Assembly: GCF_000485595.1 (NCBI RefSeq)
Contig: NW_014577075.1
Span: forward strand, 225,740-289,739
Reading direction: 5' to 3'
Origin: Priapulus caudatus
Lineage: Eukaryota
Length of the DNA stretch: 64,000 nt
The translations under genes and the position numbers were made by a program. Positions 52,523-64,000 of this stretch are shown in pieces. Every line of letters starts with the position of its first letter. Within the stretch, counting starts at the first letter, position 1. The notes under the pieces are model-generated. The model had not been told where the DNA came from. It saw only the letters and a program-made list of their open reading frames with translations, and made no database searches.

Positions 52523-53163
52523 AACCTACTTCGTGCTAAAACTTTTTGACGAAATGCCTTCAAGTGAAACCTGTTCTCTTATCGGCAATTCACTAGTGGC
52601 AGAGCGATATCATCGTTGTTATATGAATGCTGAATCGATATTTAGTACCTAATTACAATTGGCGATCCAAATAAATTTGTCTTTTCGCTTTTGATTTGGA
52701 CATAACGGTGTTATTTTTATGCAGGCCGTTATTTTCGTTGAAATCTCATATATAAGCCTGGATCTGCTTGATAATTAATTTTTCGTGTCATTATATAGGC
52801 GTCCAGCGTCGCTACGCCCACGGCCTAAACGATCAGCCTGCTTAGCACGTGAAAGTTCACTTATAGAAATGTTGACTACTATGTGATTACAGTAACAGAA
52901 ATTGACGTTCACAGTGTACAACACCGACGCAGCTCGTGTTCGGTGCATTTTTGTCTCTGTCTAGGTTCCATCCTTTCATTTGGCCGGATGACCTTTGGTC
53001 GCTTCTACGTTTACTAGCTGCATGTCACTCAGCAGAGTGTGGAGCCAAATGGTGATTTATGACGGTTTACGAGACGTTCACTAACCATGCAGTTCGACTT
53101 CGAACTCATTATAAAGTTATCCATACGCCCTCTTCGCGTGTATGCCGAGCGTGTGCGTGCGTG

Positions 53164-53237
<74 letters not shown>

Positions 53238-53549
53238 ACGTACGTGCGTGCGTGTGTTTGCGGGCGTGCGTACGCGTTTCTGCGCGCGTGAGCGCGTGTG
53301 GCTGTGACAAATAACGTGACCAATGGCTCTTTGCGAGAAAATGTGATTCGTCTGCCCCGCATCTATCCACAACTCTCGCACGTGCCACTTTGCAATTCAA
53401 GTGCGCGCCACTTCTATCATCTTCGCCTGTCACATGCTATCAACCATGTTTTTATTTTGCCAGGCGACCTGCCTCTAGACTTGACTTTCGTCAGGAACAA
53501 AGTGGCGGAGATACAGAACGATGTCAGCGAGAAGTGCTCGTGTATGTGA
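49316..53549 (+). CDS. cpx: Complexin (synaphin), SNARE-binding regulator of synaptic vesicle fusion; 151-aa isoform ending KCSCM
   Basis: Exons 49316-49367 (MEFMAKQVVGSKLNAVKG), 50153-50313 (..AEERRKEKHRKKEEEREQMRQEIRDK), 50737-50893 (YGIRKK..GRIGRKKKTAEE..) and 53464-53549 (DLPLDLTFVRNKVAEIQNDVSEKCSCM*). The central helix motif EEERE.MRQ.IRDKY.I.KK is diagnostic. Intron phases are 1/0/1. Confidence 0.93.
51688..51719 (+). CDS. cpx: Complexin alternative terminal exon A: (N)IRKLCCIVI*, CaaX motif
   Basis: Strong acceptor ctctctgtgcgtttccgcag; phase 1 matches the donor at 50893; ends in Cys-Cys-Ile-Val-Ile-stop. Confidence 0.7.
52965..53017 (+). CDS. cpx: Complexin candidate alternative terminal exon B: (S)SILSFGRMTFGRFYVY*, non-prenylated aromatic tail
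   Basis: Long polypyrimidine acceptor tttttgtctctgtctag; phase 1 gives an open 17-codon hydrophobic/basic tail ending in TAG. Confidence 0.45.
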
Positions 53550-54623
53550 CACGCCAACGCCGCCGCCATTAACGCCCCGGAGAGTGTCGAGTTTCAAGCA
53601 AGACGTAGCGACAGTACAGGCTTTGCGCGCGTTAGAGCAACGCGTGAAAAATCGAATCCCGGACGGACTGCACTTCCGCTGTCGGCGACGGGTTAGACCG
53701 CGTCAGCATCCTAACGGGCGGAGGGGGGGGGAGGCACGCGCATCGATGAAATTCAGCTACGACCGACCTAACCCGAAGTCGAACATGAAAGCCATTGAAA
53801 ACTTTGTGAGCAGCCAACCCTAGGGGAAAAAAAGCGCGATGCACTCTCCGCTATAGCATCTCTCGCCGGCGAGCTGTGCTACAGTAATGGCTGCATGCTC
53901 TCACCACTATCCACCCACACAGCGTTGCGTTGCCATTAGATATAGTCAGTCATTCGCTCTGCGCACACGTGTAAGGTTAGAATTAGAGGTGACCTTCGTG
54001 GCGGGCCTTCATCTGTGCATATATAGGCACAGCCGAGCCGGGCCCGCTGCGTGGATTGATGTGAATGCGGTTATCCTACGTAAAGGGTTCGTTAACATAA
54101 GCGCGTCTTCGTCAATGGTTGGAGGTTAGCCTTCAACGTGGTGGACCTTTTTTACGTATGGATCAGACGTTGTCTAGAGCATTCGCTTCAGTTGACTAGC
54201 TAGCTCTTGACACTTGCATATATCGCAGCGGCCTTCGTGCGCCCCGCGTGCAATTGTAACGGTGCGTAGTTTTAAGGACGACGTCGCAGCTAGGGTGCTT
54301 CATGCTTCACGCGGCAGGTTTCTTGAAAAGAGCACGTAGGTACGCGTTCTCTCGCGAAATGTTGGCATACGCGGAGAATGATGACGTCATCGATTTATGA
54401 GCGCATTGCGAGAGCGATGATACCGGACGCGGGCACTGACTGTTGATGTTCGTGGAGGCGATTAGCCCAACCATGGCTATTAGACCCGTGCCACGTTACC
54501 GGAGCTAACTCTCGGAACTTCGATGAAACACATAAAAACATTACATTACATGTCAAATTAGCGGGTAGGCCTACACTTAATTTTGTTGTTATGCGGCTAT
54601 AATATCGTGAAATACGTGCATTG

Positions 54624-54655
<32 letters not shown>

Positions 54656-56165
54656 TCATATTAATGATAAAATGGGGCATCAGAAACGCAAACGAGTAAG
54701 GCTGTATCTCTCTATTTGATTCGCTAGTATTCTTGTACGCAGAATAATACACGTCGATTGTAGCAACTTTCTGTGCGCTCTGTGTGACTACGATCGTTCA
54801 ACGTGTCATGTCAGAGCAGCATACTCCTGCTGTTGTATGTCATGAAAATTACACGATATACTGGTTGGTATACCGCTAAAGATATTCCTCGCCTGCTCAC
54901 TGTCTTTCATCCCAGTGACGTCAGCTCCCGCAGCGCCACGCAGCGGCTATAATCACCGTCGAAGTTAACGTTAATGATTAACGCCCTTGATCGTAATGGC
55001 CGCTAGAGGGCCTACCACACCAGTTAGTGCAAACTCCACGACAGATGGCGCTCTCGCTCTGGCTCAATTCTACATCCAGAGTATATAGCTGACTATATCT
55101 GGCTGTATCCTGAGTGTGGGAAGGGGGCGCTGCATGCAGTTTGCAGTTAGTGTAGCCGTGCGGAACATAACGACTGTATTATACAGGTTACGTCGAAGTG
55201 CGTGTGTAATGTAATCACTGTAATGTCAAACCGCTTCATATGAAACCAATCTCGCCTAAGTAGACCCCCAACTGCGTGATGTGTCTTAACAAAGAGCTGC
55301 CTACTAAAATGAGCGACAAGCGATTTGAGACAACCCTGCTGCTAAGCACTCGTACCGCAAGGGTAGCAGGATATACTTGTGCCATACGAATATTAAATAT
55401 ATACATAAATAAAAAAACATTAAAAAGAATCTATTAGTATATTGGTAATCGTAATATAATACAACCAATTTTAAAAACTATTTACATGCTTTTAAGTCTG
55501 TCAGTGACTGACAAGTGAAGTGAAGTGTCAGTGACGGGGAGTCATTTCCCTCGATATGAGATGGTGCCATTGTAACCTAACCCAAGCAACCAGCCAACAT
55601 GAGCAACAATATCTGTACTATCACAAGACTTTCTCTTGAAATGATTAATGAGTAGTCAGAAATGAATAACCAATAATAGTATTGACACTATTGTGTTTAT
55701 AACGAGCTTTTACTGTCAATCTATAAATTTCTTAGAATAAATTATTGCAGTTATCTCATTAAGTAAATTCGACCACTCTTTCTCTGTCAAACTAATATTT
55801 TTCACAATATATCTGTACATCTTTTCTGCTAAGGAATATATTCAAGTTGTATGAATGGAAATTTGAAGGATCACACATGGTCTGCAATTATAACCTCATC
55901 TTGTTACACCCATACAGGTACGTAACAAAGTTATAATAAAAAATTAAATTTTAAGATCATGCATAATTTATTGGGCATTTCTTCACCTCCCTGACGTTTG
56001 ATCGAACCTCATCCAATTATCGAGACTCAATACATATCATCAACAAACTCAAGAATAAAAATGCAACGATGATGGGCTCAATACACTTATACACACCATA
56101 CACTACACTCCACCCTAATGCTGATAGTAATAAACTAAATACATGATATTCTCTAAACATTGGCT

Positions 56166-59100
56166 TTACATTGGTTTGCCATTAGACCGGTGCTTTTGGT
56201 ACGAAGACTCTGAATCAGATTGCGATTCTTGGCTGTGCTTCTTCTCTCTACCCATTTTAGACTTTTTATGATGTCTATCCGATTCGGAAGAATCCGAAGT
56301 AGTGCTCTTCCGCTTCCTCTTCTTCTTCTTTTTCTTTTTGCCCTTGTGCTTTGACCTTTTGGGGTCGGAGCTATCAGAATCTGACTCGGAACTGTCCGTT
56401 TCCTCTTTCTCCCTCTTCTTCTTCTTCTTTTTCGTCTTCTTCTTCTTCTGGCTGCCGTGCGACCGTGCGTCTTTAGATTTACGATCATCCCCACCGTCTC
56501 TCCTCCGGTCCTCACCTCTTCTCTCATCCTGCCGTCGCATGCTGCTCTCCGATTCGCTGCTGTCGCTGGAGCGGTGGCGCCCTCTATTCCTAGCATCTGG
56601 CAAATCTCTCCTGTCGCTGCGGCTGCGTACAATCTCACTGCAAGTGTTATACACCAGTGTGCTTCAAATCAAAGGACCGCTTCTCGCATTAAAATTCAGT
56701 AATAATTATCAATTATACCCAATTTTATTTAACGAAGATTCGACTGCTGATAGAACAATTGCACTACCAATAGGGGACTGACCGCACGTTTATTTAGCAA
56801 CCCGAGAGCTCAAACATTGCCAGGGTGTCTACATCGAACGCACGCAATATCAATAATAGCAACTAAAGCGTTTAATAGCAACTAATAGTTTTTTAAAGCA
56901 AGGAATGCATTGATGCACACGTCAAAAGGGAAGTCCATCCTTTAAAGAGGAGGACGCGAAAACAGAAAAAATGTGAGCTGAAAGACAGCCCACTAGTGGA
57001 CATACCTCGACGTTCCTCCCCTGTGATTACTGCCTCGTCCTCTTGCCTCGCTTCTCTCCTGCCTGTTCTGCGACTGCTCCCCGCGTCCCGCCATGCCACC
57101 TCCTCGCTGCGGATCCCTGTGCCTCGAGGGCCTCTCCTCGGCAGGGCTGTCACTACGTCTGGCCCGTCTATCACGAGGCGGTCTCGTGTCCTCGTCAGAT
57201 GCTACGAGTTTATACTCGCTGCGCGAGCAACGGCCAGTTAAAGAAGACATGTGGAGAACGCGCAGTGCGGGCGACAGTTGAACATGCCACGAGTCTAGAT
57301 TCGACGCAGCTACCCGCCAATCGTAAAGCCACGGAAGTGTTTAAGGCAGAGTAAAGTATGTCGATTACAGTACAGCGGTCATCTTTTTTTTTACATGGTT
57401 ATTTCTAAGCTGGTTTTTAAACATTCTACACTAATCTTCTTAATCTTCCACTCGTCTATATTTATAAAGCATAATATAGTCTCAGACGATGTGAAATGCT
57501 GAAAAGGAGTTTAGTTGACAAGATTTCTCTGGGTAGGACGGAATGCTACTTTAAACTAATATTTACACATAAATAACTATGCAGGTTTGCTTATGACTAT
57601 CAAATAATCATACGAAGCCAACTACTATCAACGAGTAACATAATAGACCAACATCTTATTGGTAATAGATTTCTGCATTGTCACACATACACATGTAGAG
57701 AAAAAGTCAATTTCTTCTGGAGTTTAAATACTAGATGAGACAAAATACCAAACTAGCATCTAATATTCACATGAAATTTTACTGAAAGATTATGAACACA
57801 TGCAGCACCCTTAACTGGACAAACGTTTCTAGCAGTCATTTGTTTAGGGCCATAGCATTGTCATGTCCACTTAGTTGGTTGACAGTCACGAAAAGGATAC
57901 TCTTTCCTGCGGCCATCCTTCAGCATGTATTTTGGCTTCTTGTTTTCCTCTTGATTTGTGTCCTTGGAGTGCTCGACACCTTTACCTGCATCCCAATAAT
58001 AATCCAGATCTTATACGTACAAGAAATAGAAACCAATTGACTGTTTTGGCTATTACAAAGGATGATTTTAGTGAGATTAATGATATGTACACCATTACAC
58101 CTCCCACTGTGAGTATGACACAGGGAGATCCAAGCTTGTTTGCAGTCATGTGAACATTTTCTGGAATAGAGTCATATTGCCAGCATCACGACAGTTACTT
58201 GCCAGAGTACTGCAGTAAAGTATGACACGTATTTCCATACACCACTAGAAATGTTCACGCAGCGCCATCTATTGGAGAACATATGTTAATTTGCAAGAAA
58301 AACGCAATGTCACTAATAAATACTAATCTCTGTATGTCTTGCCTTTTCCTTTCCATTTGACCTTTGATACAGATTGGCTGAAGTCCACGTGAATTCTTCT
58401 GTCATCTATTAGTACATTGTCCATCTTGAAATAAGCACGTTCACAGCTTTCTGGCTGAAATAGCAGGTAATCAATGTCTTCCCCGGAAACATCACGAATG
58501 GCCAAAATCATTTAGTTTATATTTTCTAAGTGATTATGAAATAATTTAATGCAAGAATATGAGGTTCACATAATTGAGTTAATTGACATTCTGCACATCA
58601 CAGACATTGTAGAAAAAAAAGACTTTGGGCTAACAATATACATACCTCTTCAAATTCTATGAAAGCATATTGCAGTGATTCACCAGTCTTGTGGTCTCGT
58701 ATTACTTCACAACTGTAAATCAGGTTAGACCAACATCAGGAAAAATACATTTGCACGAAGATCTAGAATCTACACGACGAGAATTATCTATGAAAAGCAA
58801 GCTTGTTTGCACGGTTACGCGTGTATGCGTACCCATGCTCGCAGTAAAAGTAATGAAATCATGATTACCTTCCGATTTTGCCGAATCGCGAAAATATGAT
58901 TTCCAGATCTTCATCAGTTGTGACCGGATTCAGCTTGCACACAAACAGTACGTTGTCAGGTGGCGCCACCTCTGCTTCAGGAAGATCACCGACCTTGAGA
59001 GTAAAAGCGTGATGATGCAAGCGGGGAAACAGAGATGCAGTACGTTGTTTGATCATGGCTCGTGCATAAGAAGTGTTGTTTGTTCACCACAAGATCTCAC

Positions 59101-62100
59101 TAAATGAGCTGAGATAAAACGCACGATGAAACGGGTAAAAGACAGCTAAGTTATGTTTCCACATGTTTTTTCTACCTCTAATGCCCGCCGCACACGTGAG
59201 TTATTTCACTCAAGTAAACTGACGCATAAGTCAAATTACTCAACGAAAATCCGCCGCACACGTGAGTAAAATGATGCATGCGTCAAATTACTCAACGAAA
59301 ATCCGCCGCACACGTGAGTAAAATGATGCATGCGTCAAATTACTCAACGAAAATCCGCCGCACACGTGAGTAAAATGACTCATGCATCATTTTACTTGAG
59401 TAAAATAACTCACGTGTGCGCCGGGCTTAACTCACTTCTCTACTTCCAACTGTAGGCGTTTATCTGGACATACATTACACAAACTATATGTATACATTAC
59501 ACAAACTATATGTATACATTACACAAACTATATGTATACATTACACAAACTATATAATTATGTTACATGGAACTAGAATTCAGTGAACATACAAGAGGAG
59601 ATGATGATGATGAATAAATTTAAGGTTGTATACCAGAGCATCTTACCATCTCCAAAATTTGTGTTCTCGCTTTTGCCTCTTTTTCCTTGATCATCTCTTC
59701 CACCATCTCTAAAGTCTTACCCTTTGTCGCATCTATTTCTTCGTCGGGGGCTATCCTTCCAGCCTGCACAATTGAATGTATAACATGATGTATATGATTG
59801 TATAACACAATAACACAAAAATAATTCGTGGATTGTTTCACTCTTCTTTAATACGTTCCCGATAAAGTTCCTTAAAATTGCGCTTGAAATCATAGCAAGC
59901 AATAGACATTTTCACTTCAACCTAAACTAAATATTCATGTTCTTTGTCCCCCAGCATCCAAACATGTTCACCAAGATCTAATTGCTTCTTGCGGTTAGTT
60001 GACTTTAAGGCACCAATGTAAACAGTATAAAGGATTGATCCACTTGCTACCTCTGATATCTTTTTAATGTGTTGACCGAGTAGAAAACGAGTTTGTCTGA
60101 TATTCTGAAAATCTTACGAAGACTGCCGAGTGTCACTGAAACGGTCTAAAATTGTAGTGAGCACTCTACACAATTCAAAGTTCTACCAGCACGAAAGATT
60201 TCGAGGATGAGGGGATATTAATCTATCTTGAAAACTAGCGCTAATTCACTGCTGTGTACCTCCATCTGCTCCTTGGTAGGTTGCGGAGATCTGTCAGGGT
60301 AGTCGATCCCAGGCGGATCATCAAACGGATCGTCGAGTACTATCGTGTGGTTGACCCTGCAAGCAAGGATGAGGATAGAAGCACACGAATGCTACACATA
60401 CATACATAAGAGAGTGCATAGAGTACGCTAGTCTGCGTGATAGATTGCAAGTCTCTTCTGTCAAAGCTCACACAGCAAGGCATGAAGACGAGTCGACAGA
60501 TCATTTTCAAATTAGACATGTATAATTACATTGCTAGGAAGTAACGATAGACATCAACTATTAGTCCTCTTGCTTTATTACTACTTCACTTCTTACAAAC
60601 TAAGCTAGTTTTGCTGCTTACGACACAATTAATTAGAATAAATTACAATAAACATTTGCATATTTTTCGACCTATGAGCATGAAAATTGTGATTAACGTT
60701 CCGCGTTCTTTAACATCCAACTGCCAAGCTTCTGTTGATACTAATCACAGAAGAGGCTACACAGTTGCCGCGCGCACCTGATGTCAACGTAGGGTCGGTG
60801 GGTTTCATCACAGATGGCTTCACTCAGCTTGTCGAGCACATCCAGTCCCTCGCTCACCTCGCCGAATACCGTGTGCACCCCGTCGAGATAGTCCAGGCTC
60901 TCCCCCAGTGTGAGAAAAAACTGCAAGCAGATTATTCGTCATAGTCAGTCACCTCCAAATTAAGCAAGACTGAACAATCTGAAGAAGAGGACCCAGAACT
61001 CAAAATTTTAGCATTTGATTTATTATTTCTCGTCGATTATAGCATTATTCTGGTCACATGACCCGTAGAGTGTATCCCGGTTACTTTCTCTACAATCAAA
61101 ATACAAAATGGGACACTAGCATCAGTCATTAAGTGTTGGGTACATGTATAGATATTAGGTATGACCACATTTCTAGATTTCTGCTATTGAGCAGTCACAC
61201 GTTTGGACATCACTGCAACTATGCTTTAGATATTATGATGTATCATAAAATGCACATGACTACACTTAAGCTGAATTAGTGTTGGAATGTGTAGCACTAA
61301 GGATGCTTACCATACAATTTTCATAGTGTATGTCTTATAACAGAGCATGCTGTAGAACGCCCCATTTTTTGTTGCAAAGAGCAGCGTTAGGTATGTGAAT
61401 AGAACGATCTTTCTAATCATATATGGCATATAAATGATCATGCAATCATGGAATGCAAGAAGCACACACATACCTGGGAACCGTGCATGTTGTTGCCGTT
61501 GTTTACCATCGACAAAGTGCCCAGCTTCCTGTGCTTGATAATGGGATTCGTTTCAGCCTCAAAGAACTGTGCCTGATCACCATAAACCTTGCTGTAAGAA
61601 AGAGTAATAATGCAGCTGAGCTGTTGTTGATATTATTATCTTTATCATCATCATGATCCACATCATGACCATCGTCATTATATGGTAAAGCCAAACCAAC
61701 ATATACTGATGACATTAATATCTTCTTACTTTGTACATATTTGCTATCTTATTCTTCATTAAAGTTTGTGCATCTACTACATTTATGAATGTACACAGTG
61801 ATTCACTTTTTCTGTGTGCTGCAGGCAACTATCCCCAGTTAAGTATTATTGTAAATGAATATAAACTTTTGCACATGTAGGATTTTCTCTAACCAAGTCA
61901 TCTGTAGTGTGAATATATTGCGCATATTTGCTATCTCACACACTATAGTGCAATCAATAAACAGTACCCTTATATTAACAGAAATTCCATAGAATTAAAA
62001 ATTAAAAATGGGAATGCACATATGGAATTCATAAAGGAATACCTGAAGATAGATTGGCCACCTCGTCCTGTTCCTGTCGGATCACCAGTCTGTGCCAAGA

Positions 62101-62472
62101 AGCCCTCCTACATAATCACAATAACAGGTATATACACTAGGTGTAAGGGTAGAAACTACCATCACAATTTCTTGAAAGATGCTTTTCACAGGATTTTGTG
62201 AATGATCATTTAATGTCCTATAATAGCAGTGGTAACATTGCTATGTTAAAAATATCAGTTAACTTGTAGCAGCATGAAGCAATTTATATTACCCCTGTTT
62301 CACAAGCTTATTAGAGCCATCAGGATACAGAGATTGTTGTAGTAAATAAAGTTGACCTTCAGGTCATCATTTTAAAAATGACAGTAATAAGAGTTCATAC
62401 TAACCTGCACTGAATGAAATAGGCAATAGTTGTAGAATTTCAGCTTGCACAACTTCAGGAAGTTCAAACATG
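56166..62472 (-). CDS. PPIL4: Peptidyl-prolyl cis-trans isomerase-like 4 (cyclophilin + RRM + K/R/S-rich tail); first coding exon not found in the window
   Basis: Exons 62405-62472 ([22 protein letters not shown]), 62043-62107 ([16 protein letters not shown]), 61474-61591, 60778-60920 ([22 protein letters not shown]), 60260-60356 ([13 protein letters not shown]), 59647-59763, 58869-58993 ([28 protein letters not shown]), 58646-58712 ([12 protein letters not shown]), 58343-58454 ([21 protein letters not shown]), 57901-57985, 57006-57218, 56166-56637 (stop). All phases are consistent. Confidence 0.95.
59182..59427. mobile_element. PIF/Harbinger MITE with TAA TSD and internal 52-bp tandem repeats
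   Basis: TAA|TGCCCGCCGCACACGTGAGTTATTT ... AAATAACTCACGTGTGCGCCGGGCT|TAA; three internal 52-bp units. Confidence 0.85.
59471..59555. repeat. 22-bp tandem repeat, 4 copies
   Basis: Unit tacattacacaaactatatgta. Confidence 0.9.
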
Positions 62473-64000
62473 CTAAAAGTGGTAAATCATTATTAGAATT
62501 GCCAAAAATTAAAATAGCATCGATTGGATGCGTAATATATGCAGCCAGGCCAATCAGCGCAACCGCAAACAGTTGCCAGCACCTGTCTTGACTTGTGTAA
62601 CATTTGGGCGGTCATTTTGCATCAACATTCGATGAATTTCTACGATTTAATAGCATTTTGGTGGGCCGATTGTCAAAAATGGCAGGTGTAGCTGTTGGAG
62701 CCGATTGCAAACAGTAATGTTGGACAAAGCTCAGTGGCGAGTTGAGACACTGTGGTGTTATATACATGTGTGCTGTACCGTGTGTGTGGTACGGTGGGGG
62801 GGGGGGCAGACTTGATCCCGCTGCCATTGAGTGTGTAGTATTGGTACAGCACTAACGAGTGACTAGACGATCTGCAGCCCGGATATCCACGCGAAGCGCG
62901 CAAACGCCGTGCAGCGGTGACAATAAATCTTATTCGCTGCCCTATATAGAAAAATTTCGCCAGTGCCCTTTGGGTACAGGATAAAGCCGTATAATCGGTC
63001 AATTGAGGAGTTCTGGCGATTCCACAAGCCTTTCGACTATGCACGTAGGTCGAGAATAAATACAAATGCTGGTAATTGCTCGTTTGCTGGTCGGCGCGTT
63101 TCCTTTTCGTCTAGAAAAGCGAGTTTGTATTTCTTCCGTTTCACGCCCTGAATTTATTCTCGTACATATGGCGTGCCATAGATGGCGCGACGAGGCTCTC
63201 TTGGAGGGATTTTCAAGGTATTTTTCCACACAAGGATCGGCGATTCGGTTTAGACTGCTCCGCGGTGGAGAGTTCCACACGCTGCACTAACTATAACTTT
63301 AGTGTAGCGAAAGATACTTGGCCGAGTTAAGGTCCGTACCAGTCTACCTCGAATCGTGACGTGCGATTCAAATTATCGTAGCCATCTTAGTACCCCCGAC
63401 GTTGATTGGCTAAGCCCATTGATTGATGTTTGTTTTTCACTGAGAATTTCCACTAGATGTTATCTGGAAAAGCGCCTGGCTCCGTACGTGCGAGGTTTTT
63501 ATCAACCTCTTGACCCCGCGCTGCCCGTGGCGACGGCACGTCGTGCGAGCACATGCTGGCGTGGCCGTGGCAGTTTTTACACGTAGCTAATCCTACAATA
63601 CGCCGCCACACTGACACACAAATATATATATCCACATGTTTTTACGAAGACGGCGGAGCGCGACATTCCAGCCTCCCTCCTCCCCCGCGCTCACGTGGCG
63701 GCTGGGCACGCCTCCAAATGCTATATCCAACAAAGCTGGCTAGGGGCAGTTTTGCGCCGCGGTGACTTTTCCGCTATAAATTAGATTTTGTATTTATTTA
63801 GGGCCTTCATTTTATTGAAACGCTAGTGCAAGTGCATGCTTGTGTGCACTGCTGCCGGCAGCAGTTGATGCATGTAATATACGATACCTTATAAGCCAGG
63901 TGGCGGCGGAAGGGAGCGTAGAGAGAGAGAGAAGAGAGAGACAGACTGTGGGGAGTGCGGAAAGATAGAAGAAAGAGAGTGGGAAACGCCAAGATAAAGG

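Noticed and set aside
58261..58276. CTCF-like motifs (also near 4255, 20068 and 55040)
   Set aside because: Short motif matches are expected by chance or within repeats and cannot be supported without ChIP or conservation data.

Overview
Eukaryotic genomic DNA from an invertebrate animal, read from GT-AG intron/exon structure, microsatellites and DNA transposons. The species cannot be fixed from the sequence. It looks like a draft hybrid assembly, with N gaps and indel-rich long-read patches at about 13.2 kb, 17.9-21.3 kb, 46.9-49.0 kb and 52.0-52.5 kb. Four protein-coding genes were reconstructed by hand with consistent intron phases. (1) The last coding exon of an ARID3/dead ringer gene (+, 1053-1165). 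(2) A 23-coding-exon ZMYM2/3/4 (woc-like) MYM zinc-finger/DUF3504 gene (-, 9487-34909, about 2000 aa). (3) Complexin (+, 49316-53549), with three candidate alternative terminal exons: two CaaX tails and one aromatic non-CaaX tail. (4) PPIL4 cyclophilin-RRM (-, 56166-62472), whose first exon was not found and which has a probable GC-AG intron. Mobile DNA includes a TTAA-flanked Kolobok derivative carrying a P2X7-ballast-like KolX remnant, three related Helitrons (two keeping complementary RepHel fragments, one carrying tRNA-like Pol III boxes) and many MITEs. No prokaryotic-type system (CRISPR etc.) is present. The best candidate for new biology is the complexin C-terminal splice switch.
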